A stretch of DNA of 64,000 nt from a bacterium (GTDB lineage Bacteria; Bacillota_I; Bacilli_A; Izemoplasmatales; UBA1188), in NCBI GenBank assembly GCA_017541975.1, contig JAFXYB010000021.1, positions 197-64,196 of the forward strand, given 5' to 3'. A program made the position numbers and the translations under genes. The first letter of the stretch is position 1. Every line of letters begins with the position of its first letter. A model generated the notes under the pieces. That model searched no databases, was not told the origin of the DNA, and saw only the letters and a list, made by a program, of their open reading frames with translations. Positions 44,927 to 53,698 of the stretch are shown piece by piece.

Positions 44927-45017
44927 ACTCTCTATTGTGTATGAGCATATTGCTTTTTGTTTAAAAACTAATATGTTAAAATTGAAAAGCAAAACAAAAA
45001 AGGTGAGGTAATTTATT

Positions 45018-47384
45018 ATGTTAAGAGTTAAGAAAAGAACAGGAAATATCGTTGCATTTGATATCACAAAGATTGAAAAAGCGATTCAAGACGCATTCGA
45101 TACATGTAAGAAAGAATATTCAAAGGATATAATTGAGCTATTAGCCCTTAGAGTTACCTCTAATTTTGAAAGTAAGGTTGTCAATGGGATTATTGGCGTT
45201 GAAGATATACAAGACTCTGTAGAAGTTGTTTTAATCCAAGCTTCTTATGAAGATGTTGCAAAGGAATATATCCTCTACAGAAAACAACATGAAAACATCA
45301 GACAAGCTAAAACCACACTCTTAAACTACAAAGATACAGTAAATAGTTATCTAAAGATAACTGATTGGAGAGTTAAAGAAAACTCTACAGTTACTTATTC
45401 TGTTGGTGGTCTAATTCTCTCTAACTCTGGCGCCATCACAGCTAACTACTGGTTAAGTGAAGTTTATGGTGAAGAAATTGCCAACGCTCACAAGAACTGT
45501 GATATGCATATCCATGATCTTTCTATGCTCACAGGATATTGTGCTGGTTGGAGTTTAAAACAATTAATTACTGAAGGTTTAGGCGGTGTTCCAGGAAAGA
45601 TTTCTTCTACTCCTGCATCTCACCTTTCTACTTTATGTAATCAAATGGTTAACTTCTTAGGTATCATGCAAAATGAATGGGCTGGCGCTCAAGCATTCTC
45701 ATCATTTGATACTTATCTTGCACCATTTGTAAAAGCTGATAACTTAACTTACAAAGAAACAAAACAATGCATCCAATCATTCGTTTATGGTGTTAATACT
45801 CCATCTCGTTGGGGAACACAAGCTCCATTCACAAATATCACATTAGACTGGGTAGTTCCAAATGACCTCGCTGAACTCAACTGTATCGTTGGCGGTAAAG
45901 AAATGCCATTCAAATACAAAGATTGCGAAAAAGAAATGGCAATGATCAACAAAGCTTTCATCGAAATTATGATTGAAGGCGACGCTAATGGTAGAGGTTT
46001 CCAATATCCAATCCCAACTTATTCAATCACAAGAGATTTCGACTGGAGTGAAACTGAAAATAATAAACTCTTATTCGAAATGACTTCTAAATATGGTACT
46101 CCTTACTTCTCTAACTATATCAACTCTGATATGGAACCATCAGATGTAAGAAGTATGTGCTGCCGTTTACGTCTTGACTTAAGAGAACTCAGAAAGAAAT
46201 CAGGTGGTTTCTTCGGTTCTGGTGAATCAACTGGTTCAATCGGTGTTGTAACACTTAACATGCCAAGACTTGCATATCTATCTAAGAACGAAGATGAATT
46301 CTATGAAAAATTAAGTTCATTAATGGATATCGCAGCTAAATCACTCAAGATTAAGAGAAAAGTCGTATCTTCTTTATTAGATTCAGGTCTTTATCCTTAT
46401 ACTAAGAGATATCTTGGTACATTCAATAACCACTTCTCTACAATTGGACTTGTTGGTATGAATGAATGCTGCTTAAACGCTAACTGGATTAGACAAGACT
46501 TAACTCAAGAAAAAGCACAAAAATTCACTGAAGACGTTCTCAACTTCATGAGAACTAAACTCTCTGACTACCAAGAAGAATATGGAGATCTATATAACTT
46601 AGAAGCAACTCCAGCAGAATCTACTTCTTATAGACTTGCTAAACATGATAAGGAAATGTATCCAGATATCATTACTGCTACTTCTCCTGATCAAACTCCA
46701 TATTATACTAACAGTAGCCACTTACCAGTAGGTTACACTGATGATATCTTCCAAGCTTTAGATATCGAAGACAAATTCCAAACTCTTTATACTTCTGGAA
46801 CTGTATTCCATTCATTCCTTGGTGAAAGAATGCCATCATGGACTGCAACAGCTAAACTCGTTAAAACTATTGCAGAAAACTACAAACTCCCATACTTCAC
46901 TATTTCTCCAACTTATTCTGTATGTCCAGAACACGGTTACATCACTGGTAATCAATCAGTATGTCCAACATGTGGAAAAGAAACTGAAGTATATTCAAGG
47001 ATTACCGGTTACTATAGACCTGTAAAGAACTGGAATGCTGGTAAAACTCAAGAATTCAAAGAAAGAAAAGTATACAATATCGACAAATCAGTTGAAAACA
47101 AACAATGTGCAACTGATACAGTAGTTGAAACTCCAGTTGTTCAACCTGAAACAAATGAAATTCTTCTCTTCACTACTAAGACTTGCCCTAACTGCAAGAT
47201 GGCTAAGATGTTACTTGATAAAGCAAACATTCAATACAAAGTAATTGATGCAGAAGAAAATGTTGATACCACTAAACTTTATCATGTAACAAAAGCTCCT
47301 ACTATGATAGTACCTAGTGCTGGCGCTAACACTTACTATGATAATGCATCTGAAATTAAGAGATATATCGAAGAAAACAAATAA
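45018..47384 (+). CDS. nrdD: Anaerobic (class III) ribonucleoside-triphosphate reductase with ATP-cone and C-terminal glutaredoxin-like domain
   Basis: 788 aa. ATP-cone (VKKRTGNIVAFD...), finger-loop region RSMCCRLRLD, Zn site CPEHG...CPTCG, glycyl radical motif YSRITGYYRPV, then a linker and a CxxC thioredoxin-fold domain. Confidence 0.9.
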   Translation: MLRVKKRTGNIVAFDITKIEKAIQDAFDTCKKEYSKDIIELLALRVTSNFESKVVNGIIGVEDIQDSVEVVLIQASYEDVAKEYILYRKQHENIRQAKTTLLNYKDTVNSYLKITDWRVKENSTVTYSVGGLILSNSGAITANYWLSEVYGEEIANAHKNCDMHIHDLSMLTGYCAGWSLKQLITEGLGGVPGKISSTPASHLSTLCNQMVNFLGIMQNEWAGAQAFSSFDTYLAPFVKADNLTYKETKQCIQSFVYGVNTPSRWGTQAPFTNITLDWVVPNDLAELNCIVGGKEMPFKYKDCEKEMAMINKAFIEIMIEGDANGRGFQYPIPTYSITRDFDWSETENNKLLFEMTSKYGTPYFSNYINSDMEPSDVRSMCCRLRLDLRELRKKSGGFFGSGESTGSIGVVTLNMPRLAYLSKNEDEFYEKLSSLMDIAAKSLKIKRKVVSSLLDSGLYPYTKRYLGTFNNHFSTIGLVGMNECCLNANWIRQDLTQEKAQKFTEDVLNFMRTKLSDYQEEYGDLYNLEATPAESTSYRLAKHDKEMYPDIITATSPDQTPYYTNSSHLPVGYTDDIFQALDIEDKFQTLYTSGTVFHSFLGERMPSWTATAKLVKTIAENYKLPYFTISPTYSVCPEHGYITGNQSVCPTCGKETEVYSRITGYYRPVKNWNAGKTQEFKERKVYNIDKSVENKQCATDTVVETPVVQPETNEILLFTTKTCPNCKMAKMLLDKANIQYKVIDAEENVDTTKLYHVTKAPTMIVPSAGANTYYDNASEIKRYIEENK
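47157..47381 (+). other. Glutaredoxin/NrdH-like thioredoxin-fold domain fused to NrdD
   Basis: EILLFTTKTCPNCKMAKMLLDKANIQYKVID...TKAPTMIV. CPNC lies at 47184-47195, with a cis-Pro-type position downstream. Confidence 0.75.
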
Positions 47385-47389
47385 AATAT

Positions 47390-48280
47390 ATGTACGATAC
47401 AATAATTATCGGATGTGGGGCTGCAGGAATGACTGCAGCCTTAAACATTCTAAGGAACGGAAAGACAGTTTTAATAATAGAAAAAGACACTATCGGTGGA
47501 CAAATTGCCAATTCACCAAAAGTTGAGAATTATCCATCAATCAAAGAAATCAGTGGTCTTGATTTTTCTATGCAATTATTTGATCAAATCACTGATCTCG
47601 GTGCTGAAATGGAACTTGAAGAAGTTCTTGATGTAGAAAAAGTTGGGGACATCTTCAAGGTAGTCACAAATTATAAGACTTACGAATCTAAAACTGTAGT
47701 CATTGCAGTTGGTGCAGAACATAATAAATTAAATGCACCTGGAATTGATAAAAAGGGTGTATCATACTGTGCTCTTTGTGATGGAGCTTTCTATAAAGGC
47801 GAGGAAGTTACTGTAATAGGTGATGCCAATACAGCACTTCAATACGTTCTTCTTCTTTCAGGAATTTGTAAGAGGGTAAACCTATGTATGCTATTTGATC
47901 ATTATTTTGGTGATCAAATCCTCGTTGATAAGGTCGAAAAGAAAGAAAATGTTTTTGTATATAGAGAATTATCGCTTGAATCAGTAAATGGTAATAGTGA
48001 TATGGAATCATTAACATTCAGAAACACTAAGACAAATGAACTTGTGACTATAGAATCAAAAGCTGTATTTATCGCTATTGGTCAAACACCAAAAACTGAT
48101 ATCTACGCTAAACTTGTCGATAGAAATAAACAATACATTATCACAAATGATTCTATGGAAACAAAAACCGATGGACTATATGCCATCGGTGATTGTAGAG
48201 ATAAACAGGTCCGTCAATTAACTACTGCAGCTAATGATGGAGCTATCTGTGCTTTCAATATTAATAAATATTTATCTTAA
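47390..48280 (+). CDS. Thioredoxin-reductase-like flavoprotein with degenerate NADPH-binding motifs
   Basis: 296 aa. FAD motifs IIIGCGAAGMTAA and GLYAIGDC, and redox CALCDG. Where E. coli TrxB has VIGGGNTAVEEA and HLIHRRDGFR, this protein has VIGDANTALQY and NLCMLFDHYF. Starts 6 nt after nrdD. Confidence 0.8.
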   Translation: MYDTIIIGCGAAGMTAALNILRNGKTVLIIEKDTIGGQIANSPKVENYPSIKEISGLDFSMQLFDQITDLGAEMELEEVLDVEKVGDIFKVVTNYKTYESKTVVIAVGAEHNKLNAPGIDKKGVSYCALCDGAFYKGEEVTVIGDANTALQYVLLLSGICKRVNLCMLFDHYFGDQILVDKVEKKENVFVYRELSLESVNGNSDMESLTFRNTKTNELVTIESKAVFIAIGQTPKTDIYAKLVDRNKQYIITNDSMETKTDGLYAIGDCRDKQVRQLTTAANDGAICAFNINKYLS

Positions 48281-48978
48281 TCATATCCTCTTAAAGATAC
48301 ACATTTGATAGTTGACTCTAAAATGCGCTTGAATTCAAGTGCATTTTCTTTTTCTACTGGGTAAAGACTTCTATCTGGAACATTATCTGACATTTCAAAC
48401 TTTTGTAAAAAGAGTTTTTTTGCACCTTTTAGGAATTCTGCCATATCCTTAATAGATTCAGTTGTATGGAAGTTTCCAATGAGGGTAGTTCTAAATTCAT
48501 ATCCATAATCATGATTAATAAGATAATTAACTAACTTGGAAAAATCATCAAGATTAATATTATCTAATCCTACAGTAATTGGATACATGTCTAAAGAATT
48601 TTTGATATCTAGGGCAACATAATCGATTATTTTTCTTTCAAGAAGACTAATCACTAGATCAGCTTTTGTTCCGTTGGTATCAAGTTTAATTCTATAGCCC
48701 ATATTCTTTATTTCTATTAAGAAATCTTCTAAATCTGGACTAAGTGTTGGTTCGCCACCACTTACAACTACGGCACTTAATAATCCTTTTCTCTTATTTA
48801 AATAAGATAAGACTTCTTCTTTTGAATAATTCTCAAGTTTGGTTTCATCATCAATTACAACAAATTCAAAGTTGTGGCAGAATGGACACCTAAAATTACA
48901 ACCAGCAAGAAAGATGGTTGCGCTTATTTCTGTATCAAAATTGACTAAAGAAATCTTTTCAAATCCAGTTATTTTCAT
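48277..48978 (-). CDS. nrdG: Anaerobic ribonucleotide reductase activating protein (radical SAM)
   Basis: 233 aa with CNFRCPFCHN cluster motif and VVSGGEPT SAM motif. Its stop overlaps the convergent TrxR-like stop (shared ttaa at 48277-48280). Confidence 0.85.
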   Translation of the reverse strand: MKITGFEKISLVNFDTEISATIFLAGCNFRCPFCHNFEFVVIDDETKLENYSKEEVLSYLNKRKGLLSAVVVSGGEPTLSPDLEDFLIEIKNMGYRIKLDTNGTKADLVISLLERKIIDYVALDIKNSLDMYPITVGLDNINLDDFSKLVNYLINHDYGYEFRTTLIGNFHTTESIKDMAEFLKGAKKLFLQKFEMSDNVPDRSLYPVEKENALEFKRILESTIKCVSLRGYD

Positions 48979-48979
48979 T

Positions 48980-50749
48980 TTATATTTCTCTTGTGACGTA
49001 TTTTAGATATTCAAGTTCATCCTTTTCACAAATCTTAGATAATGCTTCATAGACCATTTTATGGTAGTCATTTAACCATTTTCTTTCATACATTGTAAGT
49101 TCATCGACATTTAGTGGATCTAAATCATATGGAGCATATGTGATTGGTTTGAATTCATAGAATTCATCTAAATCGTTTTTAACTCCTTCAACGCATAAAA
49201 GTTCGTTTTCAGTTCTAATACCATATTTTCCTTCTAAATAGATACCTGGTTCAATAGTGGTAATCATTCCAGGAACGATTGTAGCGCTATCGCTTCTTTC
49301 AGGAACTCTTTGCCATCTAAAACCATTTGGTGATTCGTGCACATTTAACATATAGCCAACGCCATGACCAGTACCATGTTTATAATCTAATCCTTCAGCC
49401 CAGAATGGTTCTCTTGCGAGCATATCAATATTTACACCATTTGCGCCTTTTATGAATTTAACCATCGATACATCGATATGAGATCTTAAGACCATGGTGT
49501 AGTGATGTTTCATCTCTTCAGTAATTTTACCTAGAGAAAGAGTTCTTGTGATATCAGTAGTTCCACCCATATACTGTCCACCAGAATCTAATAGTAAGAA
49601 ACCAGAACCTTCAACCTTTTTAGATGATTCTTTGGTTGGTTCATAGTGGATAATTGCCCCATTTTCATTCCAAGATGAGATACTTTCGAATGATACTTCA
49701 TAGAATCTCTTATCCATTTTTCTATATTCTAGGACCTTTTCTGCGAGACCATATTCATCCATAGGGATCTTACCATAGTTTTCTTTAACATATTTCATGT
49801 ATCTAAATACAGCAAGACCATCTGCCTTATGGATATCTATCATATTTTTGATTTCAGTTTCATTCTTAATAGCTTTCATAAGAACTGTAGGTGAAACTTT
49901 GTCAACTACTTCATTATTTGATTTAATTATCTTAACGAAAGAATAATTAGTATCTTTTAGAGATACTGAAACTTTTTTACCATTGAGATTCATTAAGAAT
50001 TTTACGATATCATCGTATTCACATACTGTGACATTTGCTTCATTTAAAGATTCTTCAGCTTCTTTTGATAATACATTTTTATTTAAGAATAGATAAGCAT
50101 TATTTTCATCTACATAGGTAAATGATAAAAATACTGGAGTGATAGGCACATCTCCACCTCTTAAATTATAAAGCCATGCGATATCATCAATATTAGATAA
50201 GAATAGTGATGCTTCATCTTCTTTTAGTTTTTCTCTTACTCTTTCAAGCTTACTAGTGGTTGATTCACCAGAAAGAGATAGTGGTAATGCCCATATCTTT
50301 TCTGTCTTGAGTGGCGCTTTATCTTCCCATATTTCATCAATTAAATCTATATTAGATACGATTTCTGAGAATTCACCAATCTTTATTGTAAAACCATATG
50401 GCACATATTCACCATTTAAGCCAATTCTTTTACCGCTTAAATTATCTTTAATATATTCACTGATTGTTGGGTAACCTGGTGTACCCATCTTCATAAGTTC
50501 AATACCAGTATTCTTTAAATCCTTCTCAGCTTGAAGGAAATATCTACCATCTGTCCAAAGATATGCCTTATCCATCATGATAAGTGCATCACCATTTGAA
50601 CCTTCAAATGAAGTCATATAAGATCTTTCTTTATAGTAGTCATTAACATATTCAGATGAATGTTTATCTCCATCAGTAATGAAATAAGCATCTAAGTTAT
50701 GCTTCTTCATTAATTCTCTAAGCTTTTTTAATTTATCTGTGACTTTCAT
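48980..50749 (-). CDS. M24B Xaa-Pro aminopeptidase (aminopeptidase P, long form)
   Basis: 589 aa with two creatinase-N-like domains, then the M24 core with DSGGQY, DITRT, HGTGHGVG and EPG..LE metal ligand motifs. Confidence 0.8.
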   Translation of the reverse strand: MKVTDKLKKLRELMKKHNLDAYFITDGDKHSSEYVNDYYKERSYMTSFEGSNGDALIMMDKAYLWTDGRYFLQAEKDLKNTGIELMKMGTPGYPTISEYIKDNLSGKRIGLNGEYVPYGFTIKIGEFSEIVSNIDLIDEIWEDKAPLKTEKIWALPLSLSGESTTSKLERVREKLKEDEASLFLSNIDDIAWLYNLRGGDVPITPVFLSFTYVDENNAYLFLNKNVLSKEAEESLNEANVTVCEYDDIVKFLMNLNGKKVSVSLKDTNYSFVKIIKSNNEVVDKVSPTVLMKAIKNETEIKNMIDIHKADGLAVFRYMKYVKENYGKIPMDEYGLAEKVLEYRKMDKRFYEVSFESISSWNENGAIIHYEPTKESSKKVEGSGFLLLDSGGQYMGGTTDITRTLSLGKITEEMKHHYTMVLRSHIDVSMVKFIKGANGVNIDMLAREPFWAEGLDYKHGTGHGVGYMLNVHESPNGFRWQRVPERSDSATIVPGMITTIEPGIYLEGKYGIRTENELLCVEGVKNDLDEFYEFKPITYAPYDLDPLNVDELTMYERKWLNDYHKMVYEALSKICEKDELEYLKYVTREI

Positions 50750-50758
50750 ATAAAACTC

Positions 50759-51964
50759 CTAGTTCATTATTTCTCTAATAATCTTTTCGATATCTTTTTC
50801 ATAAAGAATTACTGGTGGATAATAAGCACCATTTGCTTCCTTTTCTGCCCATTTAATCATTGTTTCTATATCTTCTTCTTTGATATCGAACTTTCTTGTG
50901 ATGCCCATATAATTATTTAATTCTTCAATCTTTTCAATAAATGCATTAGCTTTTTCTTCTTTTGTCATATTATCATTAGTTAGATTTGTGATATCAGCAA
51001 GATGAGCTAATTTATCGTGAACTGATTTGCCATATTCTCTTAAACAGATTGGTAGAATCACTGCATTCGCAAGGCCGTGTGGCACATTGTATAATCCACC
51101 AAGAGTATGGGCAATTGGATGAACATAAGTTAGACCAACTCTTGTAAAAACAACACCAGCTTTATACGATGCCTCAAGCATTTCTCTTCTTGCCTCAATA
51201 TTACTACCATCATCATATACTTTGATGATGTTTTCAAATATCTTGGTGATTGCCTCTTCAGCAAGTAATCTATATTTCTTTGGAACGCTCTTAGAAATAT
51301 AGCCTTCTACTGCATGAGTAAGGGCATCCATTCCAGTGAAGGCAGTGATAGATTTTGGAAGACCAACAGTAAGAGTTGGATCCAATACTGCGTATTTAGG
51401 GATAAGATGTAAATCATTTATTGCATATTTATGATGGGTTACTTCATCAGTTACTACTGCAGCAATTGTGGTTTCACTACCAGTTCCTGCGGTTGTAGGG
51501 ATGGCAAATAATGTTGGAATGTTTTTGCCAACCTTTAATAATCCTCCCATCTGGGTTATTGATTTATTTGGTCTTGCGATTCTTGCGCCAATAGCTTTTG
51601 CGGTATCCATTGTTGAACCACCACCGAAGGCAATTATTGAATCGCAGAATGATTCTTGATATAGTTTTACACCAAGTTCAATATCTCTGATCTTTGGATT
51701 TGGTTCTATTTTATTAAATACAACATATTCGATGTCGTTTTTAATTAATGAATTAGTAAGAGATGTTGAAAGACCTAGTTGTTCAATAACTGGATCCAAA
51801 ACAACGAGGCATTTATTAAGATTTAATTCTTTAATTTTAAAAGGAATAAGTTCAAGAGGTTTGTCTCCTTCTAATAGTTCTGGTTCTCTCCATCTAAGTA
51901 GACCAGCAAATTTGTAGAAACAAAACATATAAACTCTTTGATATATTTCTCTAAATTTATTCAT
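50759..51964 (-). CDS. Iron-containing (group III) alcohol dehydrogenase
   Basis: 401 aa with GGGSTMDTAKA, TTAGTGSE and HPIAHTLGGLYNVPHGLANA motifs. Confidence 0.8.
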   Translation of the reverse strand: MNKFREIYQRVYMFCFYKFAGLLRWREPELLEGDKPLELIPFKIKELNLNKCLVVLDPVIEQLGLSTSLTNSLIKNDIEYVVFNKIEPNPKIRDIELGVKLYQESFCDSIIAFGGGSTMDTAKAIGARIARPNKSITQMGGLLKVGKNIPTLFAIPTTAGTGSETTIAAVVTDEVTHHKYAINDLHLIPKYAVLDPTLTVGLPKSITAFTGMDALTHAVEGYISKSVPKKYRLLAEEAITKIFENIIKVYDDGSNIEARREMLEASYKAGVVFTRVGLTYVHPIAHTLGGLYNVPHGLANAVILPICLREYGKSVHDKLAHLADITNLTNDNMTKEEKANAFIEKIEELNNYMGITRKFDIKEEDIETMIKWAEKEANGAYYPPVILYEKDIEKIIREIMN

Positions 51965-52047
51965 AAAACTACCTCCTTATCTATTTTATAGTTTATCACA
52001 ATCACAATTAAAATGAGAATACAATTGGCAATTTTAATCAAAAATAT

Positions 52048-52069
52048 ATAAAAATTGTACAATTTTTAT
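52048..52069. promoter_or_regulatory. 22-bp perfect palindrome (candidate operator) in the adh/gltS divergent region
   Basis: ataaaaattgt|acaatttttat. A second smaller palindrome aattg-g-caatt lies at 52023-52033. Confidence 0.35.
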
Positions 52070-52197
52070 GGTTTTTAAATAATAAATTGCTTTCTCTCAT
52101 TTTTTTAGAAAGTAGAATCGTTAAATATCAATAAAATAATTTATAAAAATAATATCTTTATGATATATTTAATATCGTAAGTTAAAGGAGGGAAGTT

Positions 52198-53652
52198 ATG
52201 ACTACAGGACTTCAATTCTGGGATATAAGCATCTGGTCACTACTATTAGCCTTTGCAGGAATATTCTTAGCATCTATTCTCGCAAATGCCTTGATTCAAA
52301 CAATTAGGCCTTTAAAGAGAGCTTTAATTCCATCACCAGTATTAGGTGGATTCTTATTACTAATATTCCTATCAGTATATAAAGCAATCACAGGTACAGA
52401 ATTAATTGAAGGCTCAATACTAGAGATAATTACGTATCATACACTTGGTATAGGATTTGTAGCGGGAGCCTTAAAGATTAATAAAAACAAAAAGAAAACT
52501 ACTCAAAAAGCAATCCTAAATTCATCATTCTTCACTATTGGTGGGTACGCTATACAAGCAGTAATAGGCGTTATTATTACAGTTGCATTATTCTTTATTA
52601 TTAATGCATGGCCTGCAGGTGGAGTTCTATTACCTATGGGTTATGGACAAGGACCTGGTCAAGCATTTAATTGGGGTAATATATTCAGTCAGTATGATGA
52701 GACTGTATCAGCATTTGGAGCTTTTGATGGCGGTGTAGATTTCGGATTATCTGTTGCAGCAATGGGTTTCATTAGTGCTTCAATAGGTGGCGTTATCTAT
52801 TTGAATATCGAAAGAAAAAAAGGCAACGTTAAAATGCTTAAAGAAGCCGATTATACAGAAAGATTAAAACTTGAAGACTATGAATCTGAAGGTGAAATCG
52901 CATCTAGTGATTCAATAGATAAAATGACTATTCAGTTTGGTATAGTATTCATCTTATATGCAATATCGTTTGCGGTATTATATGGTATATCTACTCTTTG
53001 TGATTTATCTGGTGTTGGTCTACTTGTAAATACTGTAAAGCCATTATTCTGGGGATTTAATTTTATCTTCGGTGTTGCCGTAGCGGCTTTATATAAGTTA
53101 ATATATTCAAAATTAAAACAAAAAGGGATTATCAAAAAACAATATACAAACAACTATTCAATGGATAGAATATCAGGTCTTTCATTCGATATTATGGTTG
53201 TGGCAGCCTTTGGTTCTATAAATTTAGAAGCTTTCCTAGAACCAAAATTAATCATCCCACTAGTTGCAATATGCGTCTCTGGTGCAGTTGTAACATACTT
53301 CTATTGCCAACATATCGCAAGAAAAGTATTCCCAGAATATAAAGATGAAGCATTCTTAGCTTTCTATGGTATGCTTACTGGTACTAATGCAACAGGTATT
53401 ATTCTTTTAAGAGAAATCGATCCACAATTTGAAACACCAGCATGTGATAATATGGTATTCCAGTCTCTTTATTCAATTGCCTTTGGAGCACCTATTCTTC
53501 TTTCACTCGGATATGTAGGAAAGGGATGGATACAATTAATTGTATGTGTTGTGATATATCTAGTAATCTTTGTGGTTTTATATCTTTTAATGAGAAGAGA
53601 AACGCTCTTTAAAAAGAAAGGCGCAAAATCTAAAGATACTAAGATAGAATAA
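52198..53652 (+). CDS. gltS: Sodium/glutamate symporter GltS family
   Basis: 484 aa, polytopic. The N-terminus and repeated re-entrant-loop architecture resemble GltS. A hydrophilic insertion (ERKKGNVKML...DSIDKM) sits mid-protein. Confidence 0.75.
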   Translation: MTTGLQFWDISIWSLLLAFAGIFLASILANALIQTIRPLKRALIPSPVLGGFLLLIFLSVYKAITGTELIEGSILEIITYHTLGIGFVAGALKINKNKKKTTQKAILNSSFFTIGGYAIQAVIGVIITVALFFIINAWPAGGVLLPMGYGQGPGQAFNWGNIFSQYDETVSAFGAFDGGVDFGLSVAAMGFISASIGGVIYLNIERKKGNVKMLKEADYTERLKLEDYESEGEIASSDSIDKMTIQFGIVFILYAISFAVLYGISTLCDLSGVGLLVNTVKPLFWGFNFIFGVAVAALYKLIYSKLKQKGIIKKQYTNNYSMDRISGLSFDIMVVAAFGSINLEAFLEPKLIIPLVAICVSGAVVTYFYCQHIARKVFPEYKDEAFLAFYGMLTGTNATGIILLREIDPQFETPACDNMVFQSLYSIAFGAPILLSLGYVGKGWIQLIVCVVIYLVIFVVLYLLMRRETLFKKKGAKSKDTKIE

Positions 53653-53653
53653 G

Positions 53654-53692
53654 AAAAAAACACAGATGGCTTTCGACCATCTGTGTTTTTTT
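53654..53692. terminator. Bidirectional terminator between gltS and the LCP gene
   Basis: aaaaaaa-cacagatgg-ctttcga-ccatctgtg-ttttttt. Confidence 0.75.
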
Positions 53693-53698
53693 ATATTG

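Noticed and set aside
44800-44945. NrdR boxes upstream of nrdD
   Set aside because: ACACAATATTGT lacks 2 central bp relative to the 16-bp consensus acaCwAtATaTwGtgt. The second candidate matches only the right half. The two sites are about 125 bp apart rather than the usual tandem spacing of about 31 bp. They are kept only as a weak note in the leader finding.
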